This document shows, in pieces, positions 38,679-52,899 of a stretch of DNA of 64,000 nt (the stretch's first letter is position 1; each line of letters begins with the position of its first letter). The stretch comes from Eledone cirrhosa. Lineage: Eukaryota. The DNA lies in the NCBI GenBank assembly GCA_964016885.1, contig OZ024751.1, forward strand, positions 34,906,001 to 34,970,000, written 5' to 3'. Position numbers and translations under genes: made by a program. The notes under the pieces are model-generated. The model was not told the DNA's origin, searched no databases, and saw nothing but the letters and a program-made list of their open reading frames with translations.

Positions 38679-39560
38679 TGTAGAGCATTGCCTGTGAGCT
38701 TTAAAAGACGAATTGTTGACAGCGTTCCTTTACTGTGGACTTGTTATTGAATTGGTCAGCAGATAATGGACTTCTGGTTTGGAGGTAACAGGACTTAACT
38801 TCAGGGGTAGATCACTCTTTCTTACGTTTGTCATCCAATAAATAGCAATTCAACAGATCACAGTTTGTTGTTATTGTACATATAGTTGAACTGAAGCTAT
38901 AAATAGTGACCCCGAAAAAAGAAAAACAATACAAAGAAAGCACATAATCATAACAAGTGAAAACACTGTTGCACTTAAGCTGCCACAGTTCTGGCCTAAA
39001 TGAACCAAAGTATGGCTTGCACAAGCTGAAGCACAGTTCACCATCAAAAACATCACTTCAGATCTGACAAAATACTTGTATGTGTCAGCAGCACTAAACG
39101 AAGGAACTGCAACACCAGCTGCTTATAAATATGAAGCAATAAAAAATAGACTCATTGAAACATTCCAGTTGGGTGATCAGGAAGTAGCAGCCAGAAAATT
39201 AGATACTGATGGATTAAGTGATTCTAAGCCCTCTGAACTTATGGACAGAATGTTGGCATTATTGCCCTTTGGTAAGTCACCAGGTTTTATTATTTAGGGA
39301 GATAAATTGCCTCCTCCCCTCACAATCCAGTCCCTCGTAACTCAAGCTGAGATGAAGGACTTATTGGAGTTAGCGAAAACAGCAGACAAAAATGTTTTTT
39401 TGTTTTGGGAGGTTGCGATCAATGCCATGAGCTTGGCTCCATGATATGGTGAGGTTACACAAGATGATTTGTGTTTCTATCTCAAGTTTGGTGCAAGAAT
39501 TACCATGTATAAACAACCATGCAGCTTCAAGAGCTCTTTACCATATCCAGGAAATGCTAG
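38679..39560 (+). mobile_element. Degenerate Gypsy-like LTR retrotransposon (LTR, PBS, gag relic)
   Basis: TGTAG..GCTATA followed by AGTGACCCCGA (tRNA-Trp PBS-like); LKLPQFWP..WLAQAEAQF..TKY..KPSELMDRM..LCFY.KFG..C gag relic. Confidence 0.7.
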
Positions 39561-40007
39561 ATACTATAAAATACAGTAAATACCCTTAAAGCTGGAAAAA
39601 GAAGTTGCCACGTTTTTCTCTCAGTTTGTTTATCCTATGTCGTTCATACATTCTAACATTATGCATCTATCGGCACAAACTTGCTTCATTTCTTTCTAGC
39701 CCTCGCAAGTCTTCTATGATATATATATATATATATAGTGGTAAAAGAAACGGTAGATTATGTCCAAAGTTGGTACAGCACTCAGTCCAAAAGACTAGTC
39801 CAATAGAGTTAGTTCCATAAATTAATAAACCATACTTGAGAATATGCATTTCACCCAAAGGATTCTTCAACTCATGTATGGTTATAATGAGAACAGAAGT
39901 AAATACTTCTCTCTCTCTATATATATATATATCAACGTGTGTTTTAAAATTATTGAAGCAACGTTTTATTACAAACTCAAATTAATGTCTTTTATTCTTC
40001 TTCATAG

Positions 40008-40209
40008 AAATCTGTTCTTCCGTGTGTGCCACATGTTACAGCTTGGAATTGATCTAATATTTGTCATTGATGGTCAAGCTCCTGAAATGAAGGTCAAAAC
40101 AATGCAGAAACGTCAAAATGGTCGTTTCCTCTACGGTAAATCCCTGCGACATGACATCCAGCATTGTAAGAATATGAAGCGATCTAATTTGAATGCATCT
40201 GTCAAAGAG
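40008..40209 (+). CDS. GEN1: GEN1 exon 2
   Basis: (R)NLFFRVCHMLQLGIDLIFVIDGQAPEMK..SVKE; phases 2 and 0. Confidence 0.94.
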
Positions 40210-40747
40210 GTAGAAATTTTTTTTTCCTGATCCCTCCCTGAGAATTACCACTATTGAAGTTGTTGGAATATCTTTTCCTTTTATCTGATTGTTCTTATCC
40301 TGAAAGTAGTGTTATAACAGCAAACATTTACCATACATAGTTACATACTCATATATAATAGTGTTGGTGCTATGATAAAATGCACTTAGTACACTCTGTA
40401 AAGTGTTTGGCATTAGGAAAGGCAGCCAGCCATAGAAACCATACCGAAAAGGGTTGAGAAGACTAAGCCTAGATTACGTTCTTTGAAGGTCCTAAGCACT
40501 TAAAACATTGTGCTACTCCTCATATATAATATCTGCAAAAATGAATGACATACATTTAATTTGAATATAATTGTGTCCTTTCCTTGATGCTCAAGCATGT
40601 GTTTATTTTATTTAATGGTTAATCTAGCCCTGCCTACAGAGTACTCTTCAGCCATTTAATGGACACGACATCCTCTCTAGTGCTGGCAATAAAATGCACC
40701 TAATATACTCTTTAAAATGATTGGCATTACGAAAAGCATCCAGCCAT

Positions 40748-42943
40748 AAATTTAGGAAAGCCCTTGAAGATGTGTATGACGAAAAAGAAGACGATTTAGA
40801 GTCGTATGACATAGATGATTACTGGAATTTCTTACGTGACAACTTACTGTAGGCTACTGAAGAAACTTGTGGCTGGAGCAGAGAGTGACCTGGTGGTGGA
40901 ACAACACGGTAGATAGGGCCATTAGAGACAAAAGACTAGCTTGGAAAAAAGGGGGGGGGGGTAGAAAAGGATACACAGCCGCTAAGAGAGAAGTAAGACA
41001 TCAGGTGTACTTAGCATGCAGGGAGGCTGAGAGTAGGAGGTCTGCCAATGGTCTGCGATGGGAAGATCAGAGATGTGCAGCGTTCCGCATTGCAAGGTAG
41101 TGTGTCAGTGCAAATCAGGATTTTGTTGGAGATAAGTGTGTCCGGAATGATGCCGGTGTACTTAGTGTCACGAATGATCAGAAAAAGGAGGCCTGGAAAT
41201 GTTATTATGAGAGACTGATGAATGTGAAGAACGAATGTGACAGAGAGAAATTACCCCCAGTAGACCGACAGAGGGATCAGCTATTGAGATTGACAAATCT
41301 AGGGCCCAAGAGGCGATTAAGGAAATGAAAAATCGTAAGGCTGCTGGATCGTCGGGATAGTTGCTGAGATGCTGAAAGCATCGGGATGTAGGCACTAAAC
41401 TGGTTGCACGCATCATCAATCAGGCTATAAATGGCGGTGTCATGCCCAAAAACTGGTGCAGCAGTATTCTCATAAATTGCTACAAAGGTAAAGGGGATGC
41501 TGTGAAGATGAGCAATTATAGGGGCATAAAACTGATCGATCAGGTTATGAAAGTGGCAGAAAGGATATTAGCTCAACTAATTAAAGAAAGGGTCAAACTA
41601 GATGAGATGCAGTTTGGTTTTGTGCCTGGGAAAAGTACAAGAGATGCCCTCTTCTTAGTGAGACAACTACAAGAGAGGTTCTTAGAGAAGAATAAGCCAC
41701 TATACTTAGCTTTTGTTGACCTAGAGAAGGCCTTTGATAGGGTAACCCGATCTGTCATCTGGTGGTCCCTAAGGAAACTAGGTGTAGAGGAATGGCTTGT
41801 AAGGACAGTGCAAACTTTGTACAGAGGTGTTGTCAGTAAAGTGAGGGTAGGAATGGAGTTTAGTGAGGAATTCCAGATACAAGTAGGAGTAGATCAGGGT
41901 TCGGTCCTCAGCCTGTTCTTATTCATTATAGTCCTCCAAGCCATAACAGGGGAGTTTAAGACTGGCTGTCCATGGGAGCTTCTCTATGCTGATGATCTGG
42001 TTCTTATAGCAGAATCAGTAGAGGAGCTAGAGAATAAATTCTGGCTATGGAAACAGCAGTTGGAAGCAAGAGGACTGAGAGTGAACCTAGCTAAGACAAA
42101 AGTGTTGATGAGTAGAAAAGAGGACAAAACTCTGATTCCATCAGGGAAATGGCCATGTCCGATATGCAGAAAAGGAACTGGCATAAATTCTATAAAATGT
42201 ACACAATGCAGATCTTGGGTACACAAGAGATGTAGTGGGATAGCAGGCAAACGAACAGGTAGGGAAAAATATGTATGCAGTAGACGTACAGGGAAATTTG
42301 ACAGTAGAAATCGCATTGATAGACACATTTTTCAAATGCAGGTGGGTTCAATAGAAGTGGTTGATAGCTTCCGGTACCTAGGTGATCAGATTAGCATGGG
42401 TGGGGGTGTTCCAAGGCCATGGTATCTAGAATAAGGAGGGGCTGGAAGAAGTTTAGGGAGCTGCTTCCTCTGCTGACGAAGAAGGGTTTCTCCCTACGTA
42501 CGAAAGGCCGGTTATATGATGCCTGTGTGAGGTGCGCGATGCTGCATGGTAGTGAGACATGGGCAGCAACTGCAGAGGATATGCAACAGTTCGAGGGAAA
42601 TGAAGCAAGCATGCTCCGTTGGATGTGCAATGTCAATGTGCGTGAACGACCGAGCATGGATGTGTTGAGAGAGAAACTATGTTTAAGAGGGATAAGTTGT
42701 AGTGTGCGGGAGAGAGGACTGCGATGGTATGGAAGATGATCACTGGGTAAAGAAGTGCCAAGAAATCCGAGTAGAAGGAAGACCACAAAAAACATGGGCG
42801 CAGGTGCTGAGGGCAGACCTCAGATCACTGAAGCTCATGGTCTAGATGACTAAGGACCATGACAAGTGGAGAGATGCTATGCAGAATAGGACCCGTCCCA
42901 CCCTTGCAAGCAGGGAAAAGCGGACGTAAAATGATGATGATGA
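40748..42943 (+). mobile_element. RTE LINE, 5'-truncated (family A)
   Basis: RT ORF 41442-42434 with intact YADD and PHD-like insert; frameshifts and stops; (TGA)n tail. Confidence 0.95.
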
Positions 42944-43185
42944 AATACACCCTAACCCTTTCATTATCATATTTTTAATGAAATACTTTACCTATGTGTT
43001 TCAATTAATTTTTTAAATAATTTAAAAAATTATAGATTTAATAAAAATAATAAACTTTACCATTATTAAGCTGACATACTTAAATAAAATTATGATATGT
43101 TTTAAAATGTGAAGTTTTGTATGATAAAACTAGGGTGGTTTAAACATGGCCTTATTCTGTATTTTTTCCATTTTTTACTTTCTAG

Positions 43186-43275
43186 TGCTGTGAGTTGCTG
43201 GATTATCTTGGAGTGCCATATTTGGAGAGTCAAGGAGAAGCAGAAGCTTATTGTGCTTTTCTCAATAAGAATGGT
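43186..43275 (+). CDS. GEN1: GEN1 exon 3
   Basis: CCELLDYLGVPYLESQGEAEAYCAFLNKNG (XPG-I EAEA motif); AG/GTAAG boundaries. Confidence 0.95.
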
Positions 43276-43660
43276 GTAAGTTTTATGGGTATGAGGTGAT
43301 CTTTCTGTTGATGTTAACCAGCTGGTCTTATGATGAAGACTATTCCAGCCAGGACCAGCCTGTCTTGAGGAAGTATCTACTGCTATATTATTCAATGCAT
43401 TTTTACTTTTTTTTTGCAAGAGAGTAGGTATGATTCATGAGAGATCTAGCTGTTATTTCTAGCATGTTGAGCAATGATGTAGAGGTTGAAATATATTATT
43501 CATTCAGTAACAACAATATATTCAGATGACATCTTTGTTATAAGCCTGTGATATCCATCCCTCTCTCCATATAAACACCACTACATGTTATATCAAACTT
43601 TCTCTGACTCTGTCTCTCTCCATATATATAAACACCACTACATGTTAGTTCAAACTCTCT

Positions 43661-43721
<61 letters not shown>

Positions 43722-43800
43722 CAATCAAAGGGTCGAGAGGACCCTTCAGTTGTGTCAAGGACATGATAGCCTCCCTGGTGTTTGGTGACTTGCACATGCT

Positions 43801-44000
43801 TTAACCCTTTAGCATTTACATTACTCTACATATACTATTGTATTTTCATGGTAAATGCTTTACCTCGCATAATTATCTCACATAATACCGAATCTATGAG
43901 ATTTTGAAAGTATTTATTTTGAGAACAATAACTTAACATCAGTATGAGTGGCCGGTTACAGCCAGTTTTAACAGAAAGAGGTGAGAGAATAAAGGGTTAA
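43801..44000. mobile_element. piggyBac-like MITE with TTAA target sites
   Basis: TTAA|CCCTTTA..TAAAGGG|TTAA; related copy at about 28637-28840. Confidence 0.7.
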
Positions 44001-44349
44001 AGTGGTTGGTGATAAGAATGACATCTAGCCATAGAGAGCTTGCCAAACAAAGGTCTGGGAGAACCTCTCAGTCATGTCAAGAACATAACAGCCTCCTTAA
44101 AGATCTACACAATAAACACACCCAGTACACACTGTAAAGTGGTTGGTGGTAAAGGGTATCCAGTCATAGAAAGCTTGCTAAACAAAGGCTTGGGAAGACC
44201 ATAAGTTGTGTCAAAGACATGATAACCTCTCCTGTGCACTCAATAGAATGTGAGACTGTACATAAGCATGACTTACTGTTAACATCTGAAAAAGCTGATT
44301 GCTTTGCTCAGAAATTCTCATCTAATTCTACTGTTGACTAGTCAGGGAC

Positions 44350-45400
44350 ATATTTCTAAGGCTTTTGACACGGTTTGGCATGCTGTTCTCCTTCATAAGT
44401 TGAGGGGTTATAGTGTTTCTGGACAGATTTTCAAACTGATTGAGTCTTTCTTATTAAAATGTGAACTGGATGTTGTCTTGAATGACCAGTCTTCTAGGTT
44501 TTTCCATATTAATGCATGTGACCCAGATGGCTGGGTCCTATATTGTTCTTAATTTTCATTAGTGAAATTCCTGATGACATATTTTCTCAACTTGGTACCT
44601 ATGCTGATAACATAACTCTTTATTCTTGTTTTAATGGTAAGTATGATACATTTCATGAAGTTGAATTGACAGCTGATCTTGACTATGACCTTCGATCTGT
44701 TATTGAGTGGGGCAAGAAATGGTTTGTTAACTTTAATAGTTCTAAAACTAAACTGCAATCTTTTAATTACCTTGGAGAACCATTTTTGGTATTCATTACT
44801 ATGGCTGATCATATAGTACATGAGAGCAAATCTATACACCTTGGACTGACATTTTCTACTGTTTGAGCTGGAATAATTATATCACATGGATTGCCAAGAC
44901 TGCTGCCCTGAAAGTTAGTTTGCTATATTGTGCCAGAACATTTTTCATGCATAAAAATATCTATCTTTATATATCTACCATTTGTCCTTGTATTGAGTAC
45001 TTTTGCCACATCTGGTCTGGTGCCTCAGTGCACCTTGAGAGACTGGATAAGATTCAAAGAAGAATTGTCAACATTATTGGTCCTGAATTACCATGTCAGC
45101 TTTAATCACTATCACGCCATTGAAATGTTGCCTCCCTGTCTTTTAGATAAATATTTTCATGTTAATAGTTCTGATAAGCTTTCCTCTTTGTTGCTTTGTC
45201 TTCACAAATTTCAACAGAGCACCAAATTGGTGGATAGGTCTCATCCATTTGCAGTTCAAGTTTCTAAATGCCATCGCAAATTTCTTCCCTCACACATCTA
45301 GACTATGTAATTCTCTTCCATCTTCTTGCTTTCCTATCCACTGCAATTTGCAAAACTTCAAAAGCAACATCAATCGTCATCTTCTCTCTCCTTGAATTAT
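44350..45400 (+). mobile_element. CR1-group LINE RT fragment
   Basis: ISKAFDTVWH..LLHKL, YADNITLY, WFVNFNSSKT, HLGL, CIEY..HIW, NFFP.T.RL.NSLP; frameshifted. Confidence 0.85.
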
Positions 45401-45592
45401 GATCTCTGTTTTGTCCTTCTTTCTCAGTAAGCCATTTCATTTTATTGCCTTGCTTGGGATGAGTAACAATTTATATACAGGTAATTGTTGCTATATTCCT
45501 GCTGTTGCTAACTTATGTGATATCTAGTTCATGTTACATATTACTCCATATAATATCTCTCTCTCTCTATCCATATATATATACACATACAG

Positions 45593-45679
45593 GTAGTTGA
45601 TGCCTGCCTTACCAATGACGGTGACGCATTCCTCTATGGTGCCAAAAGAGTTTATCGAAATTTCACCATGGACAAAAAG
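45593..45679 (+). CDS. GEN1: GEN1 exon 4
   Basis: VVDACLTNDGDAFLYGAKRVYRNFTMDKK (catalytic DxD motif). Confidence 0.95.
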
Positions 45680-45965
45680 GTTTTCACTTTAACTTTATTT
45701 CAATGTTTAACCCTTTTTGATACCAAACCAGCTCTGGATCTATAAAAGATTTACAGGCTTCTTATGGAAATTGAAATTTCTCAATATAATTTTTTAAAAG
45801 AATCATATATTAAATTACTATCTTAGTAATGAAATATTTTATAACGTTACTAAATCTCTCAAAATTCTCCATAAAAATTTAGAAATATAATTTATGTCAT
45901 GAGAAATATGTTCTCCAAAAGATTAAATCCCTCTTTTGATACATCTCTCTTTCACATACTATCAT

Positions 45966-46007
<42 letters not shown>

Positions 46008-46103
46008 CTCTCTTTAATCTCTATTTCACTTTTACATATATTATCATTCTGACTTTCTCATGTTCCCTCACTCGTGTTCACACTCTATGTCTTTCTTTGC
46101 CAG

Positions 46104-46288
46104 GACCCTCATGTTGAGAGTTACACCATGCAAGACATCAAACTGAAGCTGTCTCTTGACCAGGAGAAACTTGTGGCCTTTGCTCTTCTCACTGGCTGTG
46201 ATTATCAACCAAAGGGTGTACCATATGTTGGGATGGAAACAGCATTGAAGCTACTCATGGCCATACCTGACAAAGATGTATTGTCAAG
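46104..46288 (+). CDS. GEN1: GEN1 exon 5 (H2TH)
   Basis: DPHVESY..ALLTGCDYQPKGVPYVGMETALKL. Confidence 0.95.
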
Positions 46289-47290
46289 GTGGGTAGATGA
46301 ACTAGGGTGGTTGCAGCATTTGGGATTATATGTGCTTGTATGTGTTTGATTAGTGTACACAACATGAGACTGAAATGTGAAGCAGTTCTCTTTACAATCA
46401 TTAGGTTCCAACTATTGTGTTGCATCTTGGGTGAGTATCATTTTGTCATTTACCATAGCCTCAGGTCACTCCATACTGTGTGAGTAAAATTGGGTAGATA
46501 GAAACTGTTTGGATGGATGATACCTGTAATTTAAAAGGATCAGCCTTGTCACATACTATATACTGCTGAATCTCTCTAAGAAGTACATTATGGGTGCATG
46601 TGTGGAGTACTCTGCCACTTGCACATTAATTTCATGAGCAGATAATACCATTGATTGAACAACAGGAACACATCATCGGAACTGACAGTGTCCTACTCCA
46701 TTCCATGTGTTTGATTAAATGTCTGTATATATATATATATGTGGATTGATCATTTGTGTGTTTATGAATGTATGTTAATTGTGTGTGTATATTGGATTAT
46801 ATGTGTGTTTAACTTACACAACAAGTGTTTTAAGGTCATTTGCCTTGCTAAAGCAAAGATTAACCTTGTGGGACCTCGAGACAGGTATCATACCCACCAT
46901 GGGGTCCTCTTTGAATCAAATATGTGTGTGTGTGTGTGTGTAGGGTACAAATTGGCAGTTGTTAAAATATCAGATAGACTGGTTTGTGGTATTCATTCCA
47001 TCTCTCTGCACTGAGTTCATACCCTGCTGATGTCAACTTTGCTCGTTTTTTGGGGGGTTTTTTATGTTTGATAAATAAAGTAGCAGTCCAGCACTGGGGT
47101 TGATTCTTCCTCTATATCTCTCACTTACTCTCAAGCTCTCACACACACAGAGAAAATGGCTGTGTTCAGACCTAGACAGAGAATGGGTTCCACAAGGTTT
47201 AAATACCCCAAGACGCTGTGTTTTACAACAGTGTCCCTATGACTCCTGGAGTTATGGGTTCATATATATGTGTCTGTGTTTATTTTACAG

Positions 47291-47393
47291 ATTCCGTCAA
47301 TGGCGTTCCATGAAACCCTCCGACTGTTGCTGTGCTATTGAGAAGTTAGTCTGGGAGAAATCCTGTAAATTACTTGATTTTCCAGCTGAGCAG
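47291..47393 (+). CDS. GEN1: GEN1 exon 6
   Basis: (R)FRQWRSMKPSDCCCAIEKLVWEKSCKLLDFPAEQ; phases 2 and 0 fit neighbouring exons. Confidence 0.85.
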
Positions 47394-47759
47394 GTAATGT
47401 TGGCTATCACTACTTCTAATACCATGACACCACTACTACTACTAACACTCCACTACCACTACCACCACCAAAACTACTACAACACTCAAGCCACTACTAC
47501 TACTACGATCCCACCACCACCATCATCTCCCCACACCACTACTTTTACTAATACAGCCACCACCACCAATCCAGTACTGGAATTGTTTTCTATTTCACTG
47601 TACATCACAAGACATTTTGTTTGTTACTCAACTGATTTCTTCACTATAACTATGATGATCAATATCATCATCATCATCATACATCCATTTCTCCAGTGTT
47701 GGACGATGGTAATAATAGTAATTTTTATTTGTAAGGTTTCTCTAGTAATCAGTTACTAA

Positions 47760-50700
47760 GTGAAACATCCCTGATCTCAGAAGCTCAATATATCATGCAG
47801 GATTCTGGCAGTTCTAGAAATTTGGGCACTGCCTATGAAGTCAGGGATCCAAAGATTTTTTATGAAAGACAAGGTATTTAGGGACTATGCCTAACACCCC
47901 AATGTTGATTGGCATGACTTCTGTCTCTACATGGTACTCAGTTCTAATAGCGCCAGCAAAGTCTGCATACTTATTGATATTTTCCATTTCAGCCACAATG
48001 TGGTCTTGAGGAACCACAAGATCAATTAGAATCCATTTTTTAGAGTTGTTTGTTTTTCAACAATATCAAGGTGGTTGTGTTGACGTTTCTGGCCTTGATT
48101 TCGAGGTCCCAAAATAACTCTACTCCCTCACCTGATAGGCAGGATTCAAGAGGTGTATGTTCGTACCACTGACATTTCATTTCACTACAGATTTGTCTGC
48201 TTTATTGCATACTCTGCAGAGTGGGAGCAATTTTGTCCATCGATGTTACCTTTCACCCAATTGGTTTTGAGTGCCTGGTCTTGTACAGCTGTAATAACAG
48301 CCTCAGTGCTCTTTTTAACCCAACCTGACCTTAGCCAAAGCCAGGACTTATGATCAGGAATGTCTTTAATGCCAACTGGAAATAGTCATGAAGAGCCTGT
48401 TCTTGTTTCTCTATAAAAGCTTTGTTGTATGCTTTCTATATAATCTTCCTTCAGAATTTCTCTGAGTATTAAGTAGTTCTTCAGTTAATGTCAGACAGTC
48501 CCACAAGCTGTTACCTAATACACATTGCTCAATCAAAATTAAACCTCTCCCACCTTCCTTTCTTTTAAGGTACAGCCTTGTATTATTTGCCCATGGGTGT
48601 AAGCATCCATTGCATATTAAGATCTTACGTCTGCACCTGTCAATTCTTTCAAGGTCTTGTTTCATCCAATCAACTATTCCATCATTATACCCCACTATTC
48701 CCAAAACCCATTGTTTTATTCCAGATCTTAAATTTCCTGCACACAGTATTGATTTGGACAATTTTCTCACTCTCCTTTTCAATATTTTTACTTCATTTTG
48801 TCTGTTCTAATCCCTGCATCCTGCTACTTGCTCAAGTATTTGTAACATGCTTCTTCAGTTTGTGACATTCTTTCACCATCAAGCATTTCAATATCATCGA
48901 TCTCAATCAATTTACCCTTTTTCATTGACAATATTTTGCACTTCATGCCTATGTCATTGGATACAATTCTTATTGTGTGAACAATTGAAGTTCTCTTTCA
49001 TTACAACCATACAACTTTAAATTGTCCATGAATGATGGTTTATAGGCATTGATTCTTTCGACAATTTGTTTCTCTAAGAACAAGTTAGAGGAATCAGTAT
49101 AATGATCAGGTGATAATGATTCCCCTTGAAAAATACCTTGTCTGTTGCGAACATCGAGAACTTCTGTTCTCTATTGCTCCATGCTGTTGAACAGCATTTC
49201 CTTAATGCTATCCGCTACTCCTATAAAGTTGAGAGCTTCCTTTTAAAAAGAGTGGGGGACCATGTATAACGGCGGCGAAGATTGGAAACCGAATCTGAGC
49301 TTTCCCGCATCTGGGACAAACCGTGGTAACTTGTTTACGCTCAAGAGACTAACCCCTTGGGAGAGGCTAAACACAGGTCAGAGGTGTTTACGCCTGACAG
49401 AAAATAGGTCAGAGGATATATCCATCTTTCTGACTTGTTTACGCTTGGCAAACTAATCCCTTGGGAGACTAACCAAAGTTCAGAGGATATATCTATCCTT
49501 CTAACTTCAACTCTTATAACTACAGGGATTGTTTACGCCTCGAATAGAAAAGAAGTGATATACAGACAAGACAAGTCGCATTTACAAGCCCTCGTCACGA
49601 AAAACCAGTCTGCCACTTATTCTCACCTTCCTGGCTGATCGCTGACTCCTGCAATACAAATAAGTAAATATACTGATACACCGCACACACGCAATTCATA
49701 GTGAGTCCAGCATTTGTACACGCACCATTCATTTCTGTTTACACATATTATAATCGTATTCAGTGATACTTGAATTTACGTGGCTCGAAGAGCCACCAAA
49801 TTATTGTATGAATATTTTGTGTCATTGATTTTATCATTCAATATTCAAATTGAATATTGTTATAATAAAATAAACTTTGTAACAACACAATCCTGGTATT
49901 TTTCTTTACATCGAAACCACCATACCAACAGTTACATCCATCCACTTATCGTTACAACCACACATAATATTCCGTTACACATGTTTGGCGTTCTTGTAAT
50001 CTCTGAAAGTAGTTGCCAAGTTCTTTTTCATTCTCTTGCAGTTCTTTAGAATTGCCTTCTCAATCAACAGCTGTTTCTTTATTCCCCTCAGCCCTCGATA
50101 ACATATTTCTGTTCATTTGGGAGGATTTTTGCCTCTTTGAGATGTTTGTCTATCTTGTTTCCAATTATCTCTCTCAACAGTTTCCAAATGATTGGCAGGC
50201 ACACAATTGGTGGTAACTGGTAACCACATTTCCCTTCACTTTGTCCTTCACTATAGGGACTGTTCGACCCTTGCTCATCCAATTTGGGACTTGTAGCTGC
50301 AAGCACTTGTTCAAGTGCTCAGCTATCCTATTGTGCATTGCTGATGTTATCCTGTTTTGCATTCTGATTTAGTTGCTGTCTCACTGTATTTTTGTTTTAA
50401 GTTGACTGATCACACCAATATAGCCTACAGCTTCAAAATCAAATTTTTTTGTTTAAAGTCGCTCTTTCCTAAGAGGCTAGATTATAATTTCCTTTCTTTA
50501 ATTCTTTCAGGAGACCAGTCAATGATGTTTCTTTCAATTCCAGACTGGAGCTTCTATTTTTCCATTTGCCCTTTTTTCAAGCTTTAACTCCCAGTCTCTC
50601 AACAACTAATAATGCTTGACTGGTAAACAGCTTATGTGTTTCAATACTGTCATTACCATTAATGTTGTTGACTGATTCTATCTTAGCCTTGATCTTTTCC

Positions 50701-51215
50701 CATTTGATGTTTTTTTATGTACGGGATCACCAATGGTAAATCACCCTGATAGACATCTCTTAACCTTGCTAATAAATTCCTTTCATGTTCTGTCAACACC
50801 CTGATGTTATCATTTTTATTATCAATGTGTAACCTCTGGAGTTTCACCACTGGTTTGGCTGGATAAGATGGCAATGGTACCTCGTTCTTCCTCAACTCCA
50901 ATGATGTTTTTTCTAATAGTAGTAAGTTCTTCAGACTTGTCAGCCAAGTCTCCCCCGTCTAGATCTTTGTTTATTTCATTATTCAAAACCTCAGCGCCTA
51001 TTATTGTATGGACTATGTGACAAATATCTACTAGTTCTACTTTGGATAATACATTCTTGGTTCTGATGTTTCTAACTTGAACAGCCAGCCTTTAAGAAGA
51101 AAGTCCTCTCATCCTTCTCTCCATCCACAATTCAAGCATCCTTTTCATGTGTTCTTCCAATGGATCCCTCCTAACATAACATCCCCCTAATACATTATTC
51201 TCAGCCTGGGTCCAA
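47760..51215 (-). mobile_element. Degenerate R4/Dong-like (RLE) non-LTR retrotransposon
   Basis: KGRTVPIVKDK..CLPIIWKLL, DYK.A..MVPHS, GIFQG, RLYLKRKEGGRGL; many stops. Confidence 0.8.
49265..49979 (+). mobile_element. Solo LTR (715 bp) with CATG target-site duplication
   Basis: CATG|TATAACGG..CCGTTACA|CATG; AATAAA near 49864; interrupts an RT motif of the R4-like element. Confidence 0.78.
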
Positions 51216-51731
51216 TTAGTAATAATAATAATAATCGTTTTTATGTCTATTTTTCCACACTTACATGGGTCGGACGGTTCTTTTTCAGTATAATAAAAAT
51301 GGTAGTGTTGATGATAATATTTTGGGATTTTTTTCCTGTTATACAACAGCAATAATAAATGTTTTAAGACCATTTTGCCTGTTAAATAAGGTGATAGTAT
51401 CTTGGACCCTATTATTAAATCAGACTAGTTGTTAAATCGATCAGCTGCCCATGGCACATTTCTCTGGTGTCTCCCTGAGGTCCCCCTTACAGACTACGCT
51501 TGATTATGGATGGTAAATCCGAAAATATATGGGATTATCAAAAATTGCCAATAAACGATGATGATGCCAAGGTAACTACCTCTCGTCCCCACTCTTTTAC
51601 TGTGTTTTTTATTCTTTTCTTCTACTTTCTTATTACCTTGGCATTTTTACCAAACATGCTTTGTCAGGCTTCCAAATAACCAAATGTATTTCATATTTGT
51701 ATTTGTATTAAATCAATTTATTTTATTGCAG

Positions 51732-51815
51732 ATAATTAAAGAATTTCTAATTTCCAAAGATGTTTTGCCAAAGAAGAATCTCCAGTGGAAATGTCCAAAT
51801 ATGTCCAAATTTCAT
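51732..51815 (+). CDS. GEN1: GEN1 exon 7
   Basis: IIKEFLISKDVLPKKNLQWKCPNMSKFH; CAG/GTGAG boundaries. Confidence 0.9.
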
Positions 51816-52513
51816 GTGAGCATTGTACTATATACCCCAACAAAATAACTTTACTCCACACCCCCTCACTCTAAAGGGTTCTCTATTGAGCCCTGCCTTA
51901 CATGATGTGCTCATTTAAACTGCTAGAAATATATATGTTTTAACTTGGTAGGTCTGAAAGAAGGGACAGTGCTCATGTCCACAGATCCTCCAAGACGAGA
52001 GATTGAGGCTCTTGATGTTCTGTTTAAATTGTTTCAGATTCCACTCCTTAGACATGAGCAATGAGAGATCAGTAAAGGATTGGGCACAGTGATTTACACG
52101 GGGGCCAAGATACAATATGGGTAATAAATGTAGAAAAGATGAGTAAGTGAGGTGGAGATGTAATGAGAGCAGCAAGCTCCAAGTAGAGGGTGGATACATG
52201 AGATGATTTTGATTAGATTTCATTTGCTCATAGATCTGGGTCAATCATTCTGTAAGAATTTTGTAGTAAATGATTAAAAATATGTTTGTTAATTCAAGTG
52301 CTTACTGTATTTTTTTAGTTGACAGATTGCTTTGAAACTGTACAGATAACTAAAGTAAATACTTTATTTTTTAATGTGAAGCAGTCATAATGTTTTATAC
52401 TTTCTAAGGATGTCTTATTAATATAGTTTGATGTATTAGAGGATATTAAGAGTTAATGTGCTGACTGTTGTTAAATCAGAGATACTAAAGTGTTTCCATG
52501 TCCACTTTTATAG

Positions 52514-52653
52514 AATTTCATGTTGGTAAAACTGGAATGGCCGAAGGAGTATTCCGTGCAGAAGGTTTTACCACTTTTGACAAGATGGATTATGTTGGAG
52601 ATAGTCGGTCTGGTTACTACAAAAGCTCATGGACTTCACCTAACACCTGTAAA
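52514..52653 (+). CDS. GEN1: GEN1 exon 8
   Basis: NFMLVKLEWPKEYSVQKVLPLLTRW..LTPV(K); TAG/GTGAGT boundaries. Confidence 0.92.
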
Positions 52654-52899
52654 GTGAGTACAAACACATGCATATATATACACATACCTACACACACATA
52701 TACATACATACATCATCATTTAATGTCTTCCTTGATACATGTACATTACACACACATATTTATAGTTATACACATAAATACATACATACACATATCTATA
52801 CATATAACATAAATACATACATGTACTCATACATACATGAACAGTTACATTAATGGCATAGGAGACCTATTCATTAAATTTAAGATGAATACTGTCTCC

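Noticed and set aside
52498-52812. ORF-track protein MSTFIEFHVG..
   Set aside because: Wrong frame; the GEN1 exon 8 frame (LEWPKEY) is the conserved one.
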